Below the pieces are notes generated by a model. The model ran no database searches and was not told the origin of the DNA. It saw nothing but the letters and a program-made list of their open reading frames with translations. DNA of 14,861 nt from Gemmatimonadota bacterium (GTDB taxonomy: Bacteria; Gemmatimonadota; Gemmatimonadetes; Gemmatimonadales; GWC2-71-9): positions 1 through 14,861 of the forward strand of contig JBDHAB010000062.1 in assembly GCA_039588295.1 (NCBI GenBank), in the 5' to 3' direction. Below are positions 7,346 to 14,861 of the stretch, piece by piece (position 1 is the stretch's first letter; each line of letters begins with the position of its first letter). Made by a program: the position numbers and the translations under genes.

Positions 7346-7385
7346 ACAGCCCCGAGCGTCACGCGGCGTTCGGGGCTGTTTCGTT
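7346..7385. terminator. Long hairpin terminator between convergent genes
   Basis: acagccccgagcgtc-acgc-ggcgttcggggctgt (15 bp with G-U pairs on +) followed by tttcgtt. Confidence 0.7.
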
Positions 7386-7390
7386 GCGTG

Positions 7391-8200
7391 CTACGCCTCT
7401 CCACGCTCGCCTCGCAGGTAGGCGATCCAGTACACGCCGGCCACCAGCAGCGTCCCACCGATGATGTTGCCCCCTGTCACGCTGGCAAGGTTCCTCAATG
7501 CTCCGGTCACCGACACGGTGCCCCATTCTCCCAGCGCCGCCCCGTAAGGGAGAAAGAACCAGTTGGCAATCGAGTGTTCGAAGCCCACGGTCACGAAGGC
7601 CGTGATAGGGAACAGGATCGCCATGATTTTGTCGGTCACGCTGCGACCGCCCATCGCCAGCCATACCGCCAAGCAGACGAGGGCGTTGCAGAGCACGCCC
7701 CGCGCAACCGCCTCACCCACCGTTAGGCCGGCCTTGGCTTGAGCGATGCCGAGCGCCGTCTCACCGACTGAACCGCCGCCTATGCTGGCGATGTCACCCC
7801 AGAACACGAGGAGGACAGTGCCCAGGCATCCGGCCACGTTTCCGACGTACACGAGCATCCAATTCCGCGCAACGTCGCGGATGCTTATCCGCCCGCTCGC
7901 CCACGCCATCGCGACGAGGTTGTTACCGGTGAAGAGTTCCGCGCCAGCCACGACGACTAGAATCAGGCCGAGACAGAAGGACACCCCGCCCAGCAGGCGG
8001 TTGACGCCGAACCCGAACGCGCCATCGGCGACGACCACGGTGAAGAAGAGCGCTCCAAGCGAAATGAAGGCGCCTGCCAGCACTGCAAGCACGAGCACCG
8101 TGAGCGCGTCGTCCCGCGCCTTGTCCACACCCAGGTTCTCGATCTTGAGAGCGATCTCCCGGGGCGGACGAGCATCTGCAAACGACAGCCGTTGATTCAT
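7391..8200 (-). CDS. Formate/nitrite transporter (FNT, FocA-like) family channel
   Basis: LAGAFISLG, GAELFTGNN, GVLCNALVCLAVW, GFEHSIAN, VTGGNIIGG; ATG 8200 with GAGAGGGA upstream. Confidence 0.95.
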   Translation of the reverse strand: MNQRLSFADARPPREIALKIENLGVDKARDDALTVLVLAVLAGAFISLGALFFTVVVADGAFGFGVNRLLGGVSFCLGLILVVVAGAELFTGNNLVAMAWASGRISIRDVARNWMLVYVGNVAGCLGTVLLVFWGDIASIGGGSVGETALGIAQAKAGLTVGEAVARGVLCNALVCLAVWLAMGGRSVTDKIMAILFPITAFVTVGFEHSIANWFFLPYGAALGEWGTVSVTGALRNLASVTGGNIIGGTLLVAGVYWIAYLRGERGEA

Positions 8201-8239
8201 GGTCCAATCCCTCTCTCTCAACTACCTCGGTGGGTCCGC

Positions 8240-9229
8240 TCAGAACCGCAAGAGAGCCGCCGCCCAGTGAAACCCGGCGCCGAACGACGTTAAGAGCACA
8301 AGGTCTCCGGCCTCGATGCGTCCTGCCTGGCGTGCCTGCCACAGCGCCAGCGGTATCGAGGCCGAACCGGTGTTGCCATACTCGTCCACGTTGACGAAAA
8401 CCTTCTCCGGGGCGATTCCCAATTCCTCACCCGTGGCGTCGATGATTCGCAGATTGGCCTGATGAGGAATCACGAGCGCGACGTCCTCCACACGAACATT
8501 GGCGTTCGTCAGCACGTCTCGCGCGGCGGATGTCATCCTTCGCACCGCCTCCCGGAACACCGCGCGGCCGTCCATGGTCACGTGCTCATGCAGCCCTTCT
8601 TGGGCACGCGCCATGTTGAACGGTGCTCGAGTGCCGCCGACCTCACGTCCCAGGATACCCGTGCGGCTGCCGTCGGTCCCGGCGGTGGCGGCAATGATTT
8701 CGCATGCGTTGCGGCCGGCCCCGACGACCGTGGCACCGGCTCCGTCGCCGAACAGCACACAGGTGCTCCGATCGCGCCAGTTCATCAATCGGCTGAGCAA
8801 CTCGACGCCAATGACCAGGACACGGGTGGAATCCTGCTGGGCCCGTGCCCGCGCTATGTCCAATCCGAGGACGAATCCCGCACAGCCACTGCCACCGAGA
8901 TCGTACGCCGGAATCTCTCGCGTCTGGAGGCGATGTTGTACAAACGCGGCCGTATCGGGCCAATACACCTCCGGTGTGTCAGTTGCGACGATGATCTCAT
9001 CGATATCCGCCGGTGAGAGGCCCGCGTCGTCGATGGCAGCCTTGGCGGCGGCGGCGGCAAGGTCCACGGTGCTCTCCGTCTCAGCCGCGATTCGCCGCTG
9101 CTTGATGCCGGTCCGGGTCGTGATCCACTCGTCGGACGTATCGACGTATGCTGCCCACTCCTCGTTGGTCATGATGCGCTCGGGGACGTACCCACCCAAT
9201 CCGAGCAGTCCGATTGGGGTCGTACTCAT
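8240..9229 (-). CDS. fabH: Beta-ketoacyl-ACP synthase III (FabH family)
   Basis: DTSDEWITTRTGI, GCAGF (Cys), LFGDGAGA, PHQAN (His), GNTGSAS (Asn), FGAGFHW; ATG 9229 with GGAG upstream. Confidence 0.93.
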   Translation of the reverse strand: MSTTPIGLLGLGGYVPERIMTNEEWAAYVDTSDEWITTRTGIKQRRIAAETESTVDLAAAAAKAAIDDAGLSPADIDEIIVATDTPEVYWPDTAAFVQHRLQTREIPAYDLGGSGCAGFVLGLDIARARAQQDSTRVLVIGVELLSRLMNWRDRSTCVLFGDGAGATVVGAGRNACEIIAATAGTDGSRTGILGREVGGTRAPFNMARAQEGLHEHVTMDGRAVFREAVRRMTSAARDVLTNANVRVEDVALVIPHQANLRIIDATGEELGIAPEKVFVNVDEYGNTGSASIPLALWQARQAGRIEAGDLVLLTSFGAGFHWAAALLRF

Positions 9230-9288
9230 GGCCGTCGCTCCGTTTGGTGAATGAGCACGCACGGTATCGGCAAACCCGCCCCAGCCAA

Positions 9289-9759
9289 CTAGCCCGGCAG
9301 GCCTCCCGGCCCGGTGAGGTGTTCTTCCACCAGGTCGATCGGTGAGAACAGGATGCACATGAGATGGGTGCGCTTGCCGAACATCACGGCGGGAATTGCC
9401 ATCACCTCACAGCCCCCGTCACCGCGGATGGCTTGGAGCAGCAGCGAGATACCGATGAAGGCGACGGATGCCAGTCGGCCGACCGCACCGCCGAGCGCGA
9501 ACACAAGGATTACCGGAGCCACCGCCAGCGCGGCGCCGAACCACCGGTTGATCCGTGCGCCATACTTGCCAATGACGAGGTGCAGTATGGTGTAGAACGT
9601 CGTCAGTCCCGCAAACACCGCTACGATCCGAAGATTGAACGCCACATCCTCGAAGCGCGTGACGGTAAACGTCATCCAGGCAAGCAGCAGCCCCAGCATC
9701 AGGCGCAGGGTGCGCCCGATGATCCCCGCCTTGCGCGGACCGGGTTGGCATGTGGTCAT
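9289..9759 (-). CDS. Four-TM membrane protein with C-terminal GGCEV...C..FSPID motif (DUF6410-like, from recall)
   Basis: Four hydrophobic segments; AGGAGG upstream; GDGGCEVMAIP...HLMCILFSPID. Confidence 0.75.
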   Translation of the reverse strand: MTTCQPGPRKAGIIGRTLRLMLGLLLAWMTFTVTRFEDVAFNLRIVAVFAGLTTFYTILHLVIGKYGARINRWFGAALAVAPVILVFALGGAVGRLASVAFIGISLLLQAIRGDGGCEVMAIPAVMFGKRTHLMCILFSPIDLVEEHLTGPGGLPG

Positions 9760-9924
9760 CACCGTCTCCCGCCTCCTAATATGGTGGATGGGGAGAACGA
9801 CGTCAGCCAGTTCTACGTTGAGGGTGGTTGTCGAGTCTCACTGGCGTGGTTTGCCACACCAGAAGAGCCGAGGAGACCTATCCCTCGGCCCTTGGCTGAA
9901 TGACCGTCCTGCCGCCCTACCGTC

Positions 9925-11670
9925 CTATCGCCCTCTGTACACCGTCACACCGTAGCTCGCCGGGTCGTCCGGAGGCTCCGCGTTCCAATCCTCGAGCGAG
10001 TGCGAGCCGTCCGACTCGTAGCGCAACACATACTCGCCGGTGGGAAGCATGAGCGTCCCATCGAACAATCGGTTCTTCTCGGCGCCGCCCGCGTGCTCAG
10101 AGGTCCGGTAGGTCATCTCCCACACCGCGCGTCCCGTTGCGGCGCTCTCGATCCAGGCAAAATCATCCATATCCCCGCCCGAGCCCTCACCGAGGGCATA
10201 GATCCGTATCTCGGTTTCGTCGTCCAGCGTGAACTGATGACTTCGACGCTCGTCGTCACCAATCCCGGTGAGCTGAGCGATGATCGAGGGATCGGAGAAC
10301 ATGTCATACGCCCTTGGGATCTCGGTGTCGACGGCACCGCTCGGCGCGAGCAATGTGATGCCCCACGCGTCCTGGTCCATGGGTGGGCTCGAGTTCCAGT
10401 CCGACCAGGAGTGCGACCCGTCGGTGACGTAGTACACCACGTACTTCCCGGGTTCGAGCGTGATGACTTGGTCTACCATTCGGTTCTTCTCGCTGCCGCC
10501 GGCGTGCTCGGTGGCCTCGTAGTCCATTTGCCACACGGTTCGGCGAGTGGAAGCGTCGACGATCCATCCGTAGTCGTACATCTCTCCCCCGGACCCTTCG
10601 CCGACCGCATACACCCGAACGTCGAACGGTTGCGACAGCGCGAAGCCTGCCGATGCCAGTTCGTCATCGCCGAGTCCGATCAGCGACACGAACGACCCCT
10701 TGGGAGCCGGCAGCCGGTATGGGTGAGTGGCAACTTTGCCGGTCTGCTCACCAATGGTCCGCAGTGTCAGTCCCCAAAACTCGGGATCGTACGGTGCGGG
10801 CGCATCCCAGTCCGACGCATCATGCGAACCGTCCGTCACCGCGAAGGCCGCATACGACCCAGCGTCCAGCATGATGCGGGCGCGCTCCATGCGGTTCCGA
10901 CCCGCGCCGCCCGCGTGTTTCAACCCCTGACTGCCGAGCTTCCACACGATCTCCCGCGTGTCAGCATTGATCACCCACGCGTAGTCGTACGCGCTCTCCG
11001 CATCACCCTCGCCGATGGCGTAGATCTCAGCCTCGATGGGTTCGCTAACGGTGAATGCGATCCGCCGGATGGCCTCGTCGTCGAGCCCGATGAACGAGAC
11101 GAACGCGTTGTGACTGAACCGCTCCCGGGCCAGCGCGATGTCCGACTCCTTCATGCGATCACCCGTCCCTCGAATCGTGATCCGAAAGTCGTCGGACACA
11201 TCGTCTCGCCTCCCCGCCTTGGCACCTTCATCGCAGCAGGCGGCCTCGGTTACGGGATCGCCGGTGAACGACGAGTAGTGGACGATATACTGGCCGGCAG
11301 GGAGCTCGATCGTGCCCTCGAATTCTCGAACCCCGTCCCCGCGACGTTCGGTGTCCGCAGACCGGAGTTCCCACACTACTTCGCGGGTTGCGGCATCAAG
11401 AATCCACGCGTTTCCAACCCAGGCGTCGTCGCTCTGATCCGCATCACAGCACGCATCACCGAAAGCGCTCACCGGCCCGGCACCGACGGCCTCGATCCTG
11501 AGCGACTGCGGTGAGGCGAGAGCGAATGCACCGGTCTCGAGCTCCTGTGGTGAGAGCCGGTGGAGCTTCACGAGTACGTCCTTCTCAGCGTTTTGGCGGG
11601 ATATTGCCGCAATGGCACCGAGGACAATGACGATCGGGGCTATGACTCCCAGAATGCGTCCGATTGACAT
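9925..11670 (-). CDS. Uncharacterised exported/membrane-anchored protein with four tandem ~115-135-aa repeats
   Basis: N-terminal hydrophobic helix; internal repeats at about aa 33-167, 190-304, 327-441 and 464-578; GGAAGG upstream. Confidence 0.9.
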   Translation of the reverse strand: MSIGRILGVIAPIVIVLGAIAAISRQNAEKDVLVKLHRLSPQELETGAFALASPQSLRIEAVGAGPVSAFGDACCDADQSDDAWVGNAWILDAATREVVWELRSADTERRGDGVREFEGTIELPAGQYIVHYSSFTGDPVTEAACCDEGAKAGRRDDVSDDFRITIRGTGDRMKESDIALARERFSHNAFVSFIGLDDEAIRRIAFTVSEPIEAEIYAIGEGDAESAYDYAWVINADTREIVWKLGSQGLKHAGGAGRNRMERARIMLDAGSYAAFAVTDGSHDASDWDAPAPYDPEFWGLTLRTIGEQTGKVATHPYRLPAPKGSFVSLIGLGDDELASAGFALSQPFDVRVYAVGEGSGGEMYDYGWIVDASTRRTVWQMDYEATEHAGGSEKNRMVDQVITLEPGKYVVYYVTDGSHSWSDWNSSPPMDQDAWGITLLAPSGAVDTEIPRAYDMFSDPSIIAQLTGIGDDERRSHQFTLDDETEIRIYALGEGSGGDMDDFAWIESAATGRAVWEMTYRTSEHAGGAEKNRLFDGTLMLPTGEYVLRYESDGSHSLEDWNAEPPDDPASYGVTVYRGR

Positions 11671-11936
11671 GGTAATGACCAGCCTTCCGAGAGGGTGTTC
11701 AGCCTGAGCGCTCGAATCGCTTCCCTATCATTGATACCCATACGGATGATCCCGTTGCGAGGATTCGCGGGTCGCGCCAAGGCTCGCGTCCCTGCGGTCC
11801 CTTGCTATTGCGACCGGAAATGTCGGGTCAACCGGGGTAGCGCCTGTCGGATCATCATCGTCGTGGCAGGGTAGCTTTGCCAAGAGCTACGTAACGCCAA
11901 ACCCTCCGTGAACCACGTGTCGATGGGGAGGGCGAG

Positions 11937-13103
11937 ATGCCCGATCAACTCCGCGAGGCGCGGGACCGAAGCTCACCGATCAGTCGTCGAGACTTCGTGC
12001 GCGCCTCAGCGGTAGCAGCCGGCAGCGCAGTGGTGGGGGCGTGTGTGGGGTCAGCTACGGGCCCGTCGGAGCCGACCGCGCACGTCACCGCAGTTCGCGG
12101 GACCGACCTCTCGACCATGACCCGCGACGTCTTGGACGGTCTCGGTGGCATTGGGACGGTCGTCCACCAGGGCGAAACCGTCTTCATCAAGCCCAACATG
12201 GTCACTCTCCCGTGGGCGGGGCAGAGCAACCGCTTCGTGGTCGGCGAGTGCACCAAGCCGGAGATCGTGATCGCCGTGGCTGACGAATGCCTGAAAGCGG
12301 GCGCAGCCGAGGTGATCGTCGGAGACGGCTCGCACCAGCCGCAGTTGAATTGGGAGTATGCGCGGACGCTCGACGGGTCGACCAACCTCGCCTTCGAGAT
12401 GACAGGTCTCAGCTCGACGTACGGTCGACCGGCGCGGGTCGCGTCACTCGAGGTCGATTCCCCTGAATGGGTGGAGGTTCCATCCGCCACCTATCTGGAC
12501 ACGATCGCCGTCTCGAGCCTGGTCGCACGCGCGGACCGCGTGATCTCCATCCCGGTGGCCAAGACACACTCTTGGGCGGAGCTCACGCTGGCACTCAAGA
12601 ACTTCGTCGGAGTCACGCCGCTCGAGCGCTACGGCGATCCTGCGAACGGAATCATGGATCGCGGAGTGGTATTGGACCACAGCAGCCCACGCGCGATCGC
12701 GGCCATCTATCTCGACATCGTCCAGGGGATCCAACCGGATCTCGCGATCGTCGATTTCTCGATCGGTGTCGAAGGGGACGGCCCGAATCTCAGCCACGGA
12801 GGGCGCACGGTGGACATGCGGGATCGGCTGGGGTCCTGGCTCCTGCTTGCCAGCACGGACCTGGTCGCCGCCGATGCGACGGCCGCACGGATCATGAGCC
12901 ACGACCCGGCGAAGGTGACACAGCTCCGTATGGGCCACGAGATGGGATTGGGAGAGATCCGGGAGGACCGTATCGAGCTGGTGGGTGCCAACCTCGCCGA
13001 TCTCCAGGTCCCCTGGTCCGCGGCGCAGCTGAAGAACCGGGCGCAGTCGAGCGCGGGCTGTCCGATGCTCGCCGGCATGCACGATCTGGGTTCGCTGGCG
13101 TAA
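11937..13103 (+). CDS. DUF362-domain protein with twin-arginine (possibly lipoprotein) signal
   Basis: SRRDFVR...VVGAC; VFIKPN, VIVGDGS, ISIPVAKTH, LTLALKNFVG, ASTDLVAADA; GGGGAGG RBS. Confidence 0.88.
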   Translation: MPDQLREARDRSSPISRRDFVRASAVAAGSAVVGACVGSATGPSEPTAHVTAVRGTDLSTMTRDVLDGLGGIGTVVHQGETVFIKPNMVTLPWAGQSNRFVVGECTKPEIVIAVADECLKAGAAEVIVGDGSHQPQLNWEYARTLDGSTNLAFEMTGLSSTYGRPARVASLEVDSPEWVEVPSATYLDTIAVSSLVARADRVISIPVAKTHSWAELTLALKNFVGVTPLERYGDPANGIMDRGVVLDHSSPRAIAAIYLDIVQGIQPDLAIVDFSIGVEGDGPNLSHGGRTVDMRDRLGSWLLLASTDLVAADATAARIMSHDPAKVTQLRMGHEMGLGEIREDRIELVGANLADLQVPWSAAQLKNRAQSSAGCPMLAGMHDLGSLA

Positions 13104-13130
13104 CAGCTGCAAGACCCGGACGCGGGTGGT

Positions 13131-13164
13131 AGGTGATAGGCATGAGCCGCTGCCTATCACCTTT
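13131..13164 (+). terminator. Perfect 12-bp inverted repeat, likely terminator
   Basis: aggtgataggca-N8-tgcctatcacct followed by tt, 27 nt after the DUF362 stop. Confidence 0.65.
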
Positions 13165-13238
13165 CGCTTACATTGTAGCAAGCGTCTTGCTCATCCGGTG
13201 GATCCCCCCGCGGAGATATCATCAGAACAGGAGGTCGT

Positions 13239-13856
13239 GTGCTCGTCTTGATGGCTGAGGACGATCGGGTTTCGAGCACCCTGCTCGAAACGGTGTTGAC
13301 CAAGTGGGGCTATCAAGCCGTGGTGGCTCGAGACGGGGAGGAAGCGTGGCGGGTTCTGCAGGAGCCTGACGCGCCGCAGTTGGCCGTACTGGACTGGATG
13401 ATGCCGGGCATTGACGGTGTCGAAGTGTGTCGTCGCGCCCGCGCGCTCGACACTGCGCGCCGCACATACATCATCATGCTCACCACCAAGGGCCATAAGC
13501 AGGATCTGGTGGCTGCTCTGGAGGCGGGAGCGGATGATTACCTGATCAAGCCGTTCGACTCCGACGAGTTACGCGTGCGGCTTCAGGTGGGCGTGCGCAT
13601 CCTGGAGTTACAGGTCGAACTCGCCGACCGCGTGCACGAATTGGAGACGGCGATCGTCAACATCAAGGTGCTGCAAGGCTTGCTGCCGATCTGCAGTTAC
13701 TGCAAGAAGATCCGTGACAACCAGGATTACTGGCAGCGAGTCGAGGACTACGTTGAGACGCACGCCGAGGTGCAGTTCAGCCACAGTATCTGCCCGAACT
13801 GCCACGAGAAGCATGTCAAACCGCAGCTAGAGGGTCTTGGCCCGGAGGGGACCTAG
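13239..13856 (+). CDS. Response regulator: receiver domain, coiled coil and Cys-rich putative Zn-binding tail
   Basis: AEDD, VLDWMMP (phosphoacceptor Asp), GADDYLIKPF; LPICSYCKKIRD...FSHSICPNC; AGGAGG RBS. Confidence 0.93.
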   Translation: MLVLMAEDDRVSSTLLETVLTKWGYQAVVARDGEEAWRVLQEPDAPQLAVLDWMMPGIDGVEVCRRARALDTARRTYIIMLTTKGHKQDLVAALEAGADDYLIKPFDSDELRVRLQVGVRILELQVELADRVHELETAIVNIKVLQGLLPICSYCKKIRDNQDYWQRVEDYVETHAEVQFSHSICPNCHEKHVKPQLEGLGPEGT

Positions 13857-13993
13857 CTGGGGATCCCACAAGACATCGCCCGCTTCGGTGACGCGTACCG
13901 CTCGTATGTGCGGCGAACCCGGCTGTTCATTCCTTGGGTGTTGTGAAGCGCCTGCGAGGCCAAGTCTCGTAGGCTGACTGTCTTGTCTGAAGC

Positions 13994-14023
13994 AAAAGCG
14001 CCCGGCCTGAAGCCGAGCGCTTT
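13994..14023 (-). terminator. Intrinsic terminator of the yegP-like gene
   Basis: Minus strand aaagcgctcggc-ttcag-gccgggcgcttt followed by t, ~25 nt after the stop. Confidence 0.75.
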
Positions 14024-14047
14024 GTCATGGGGCCGATGCAATCGGAG

Positions 14048-14383
14048 CTACGCGTCCTCGTAGATTCGAGCCCGCCCTGCGTTGGCGGTCACGGAGCGAA
14101 TGCCGTTGGCGCGGCCGGACGCGGAGCCGTACATCTGGCTCTTCCCGACCGTCTGTCCGTTCGGCGACGTGAGCAGGAAGTAGTACTTGCCGTTCTTCGC
14201 CGTCTTGCGCTCATACATGGTCTTGCGCTTGGAGCATGCCTTCACGGACTTGATCCCGTTCTTGGCACCCGCCTTGGACTTGTATCCTTCACTTGCCAAG
14301 ACGACTTGTCCGTTCTTCGCCGTCAGATTGAAGTAGAAGTAGCCACGGCTTCCACGGAACAGTGAGAATCGCGGATGCGACAT
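14048..14383 (-). CDS. yegP: YegP family protein (two DUF1508 repeats)
   Basis: FYFNLTAKNGQVVLASEGY...NGIKSVK and YYFLLTSPNGQTVGKSQMY...NGIRSV; GGAGG before ATG 14383. Confidence 0.92.
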   Translation of the reverse strand: MSHPRFSLFRGSRGYFYFNLTAKNGQVVLASEGYKSKAGAKNGIKSVKACSKRKTMYERKTAKNGKYYFLLTSPNGQTVGKSQMYGSASGRANGIRSVTANAGRARIYEDA

Positions 14384-14530
14384 CGAGAGCCTCCAACACA
14401 GAGACGGAAGGTGGGCGGACGCAGTAGCGGCCACCCGGGTCGGCTGTCAGCCATTCTAGTGAACGATTGGATTTACTGCAATACGCTAGGTAGTAAAAGT
14501 TAGGTGGTATCCTCCACCACGAGGAATCCA

Positions 14531-14861
14531 ATGCTTCACATCACAAACGGTGATAGCGCCGCCGAAGCCATGAGGGCCGCCGGGATTGCGGGAGATATCC
14601 TCCCGTGGCGGGACGTGCTGCATGACGGCCCAACACCCGCGGGACAGACGCTACCGGAAATGTCGCAGATCCGCGCGAAGTTTCTCGCCGACTGTGGTTG
14701 GGGCAGGTTCGAAGATGTTCGAGAGCTGTTCCGGCAGCGCGACGACACACTCGCGGAGTGCCGACGCCACGAGGAAGTGACGCTGTGGTTCGAGCACGAC
14801 CTCTACGATCAGCTTCAGGTGATCCAACTGCTCGACTGGTTTGCTCGGCACCAGATCGGAG
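14531..14861 (+). CDS. DUF1835-like protein, 5' part (runs off the right edge; absent from the ORF track)
   Basis: Manual translation MLHITNGDSAAEAMRAAGIAGDILPWRDVLHDGP...EEVTLWFEHDLYDQLQVIQLL; GAGGA RBS. Confidence 0.85.
   Translation, partial: MLHITNGDSAAEAMRAAGIAGDILPWRDVLHDGPTPAGQTLPEMSQIRAKFLADCGWGRFEDVRELFRQRDDTLAECRRHEEVTLWFEHDLYDQLQVIQLLDWFARHQIG

Noticed and set aside
9230..9358. N-terminal extension of FabH in the ORF track
   Set aside because: Overlaps the upstream gene; FabH similarity and an RBS begin at ATG 9229.
10000..11514. 504-aa plus-strand ORF and other long antisense ORFs (8499..9254, 12444..13181, 5033..5644)
   Set aside because: Shadow ORFs of GC-rich genes that are well supported on the opposite strand.
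11864..11880. Sigma-54 promoter (tggcagggtagctttgc)
   Set aside because: The GG-to-GC spacing is longer than the strict -24/-12 spacing.

Overview
GC-rich bacterial DNA. The Ser/Thr kinase-TolB-N-TPR gene style (RLRTALADRY...LAEDLKHHRQVAIK) suggests Gemmatimonadota, which is an inference. The left ~6.4 kb is a decayed tandem array of integrative elements at a tRNA-Trp site. It holds three copies of the tRNA-Trp 3' end (609-654, 748-766, 3687-3765) but no intact tRNA, two families of 11-bp-period arm-type repeats, and a 100-bp element end present twice (471-570, 6320-6419). A ~3 kb mini-island (748-3765) carries a C-terminal tyrosine-integrase remnant, a FemAB/GNAT gene and a Zn-ribbon-HEPN (RxxxxH) gene broken by one amber codon. 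Two tRNA 3'-end copies have related palindromic DNA joined at the T-loop. The right part looks like ordinary chromosome: NTF2/DUF4440 lipoprotein, kinase fragment, FNT channel, stand-alone FabH, a membrane protein, an uncharacterised exported protein with four repeats, a Tat-exported DUF362 protein, an orphan response regulator, YegP and a partial DUF1835 gene.
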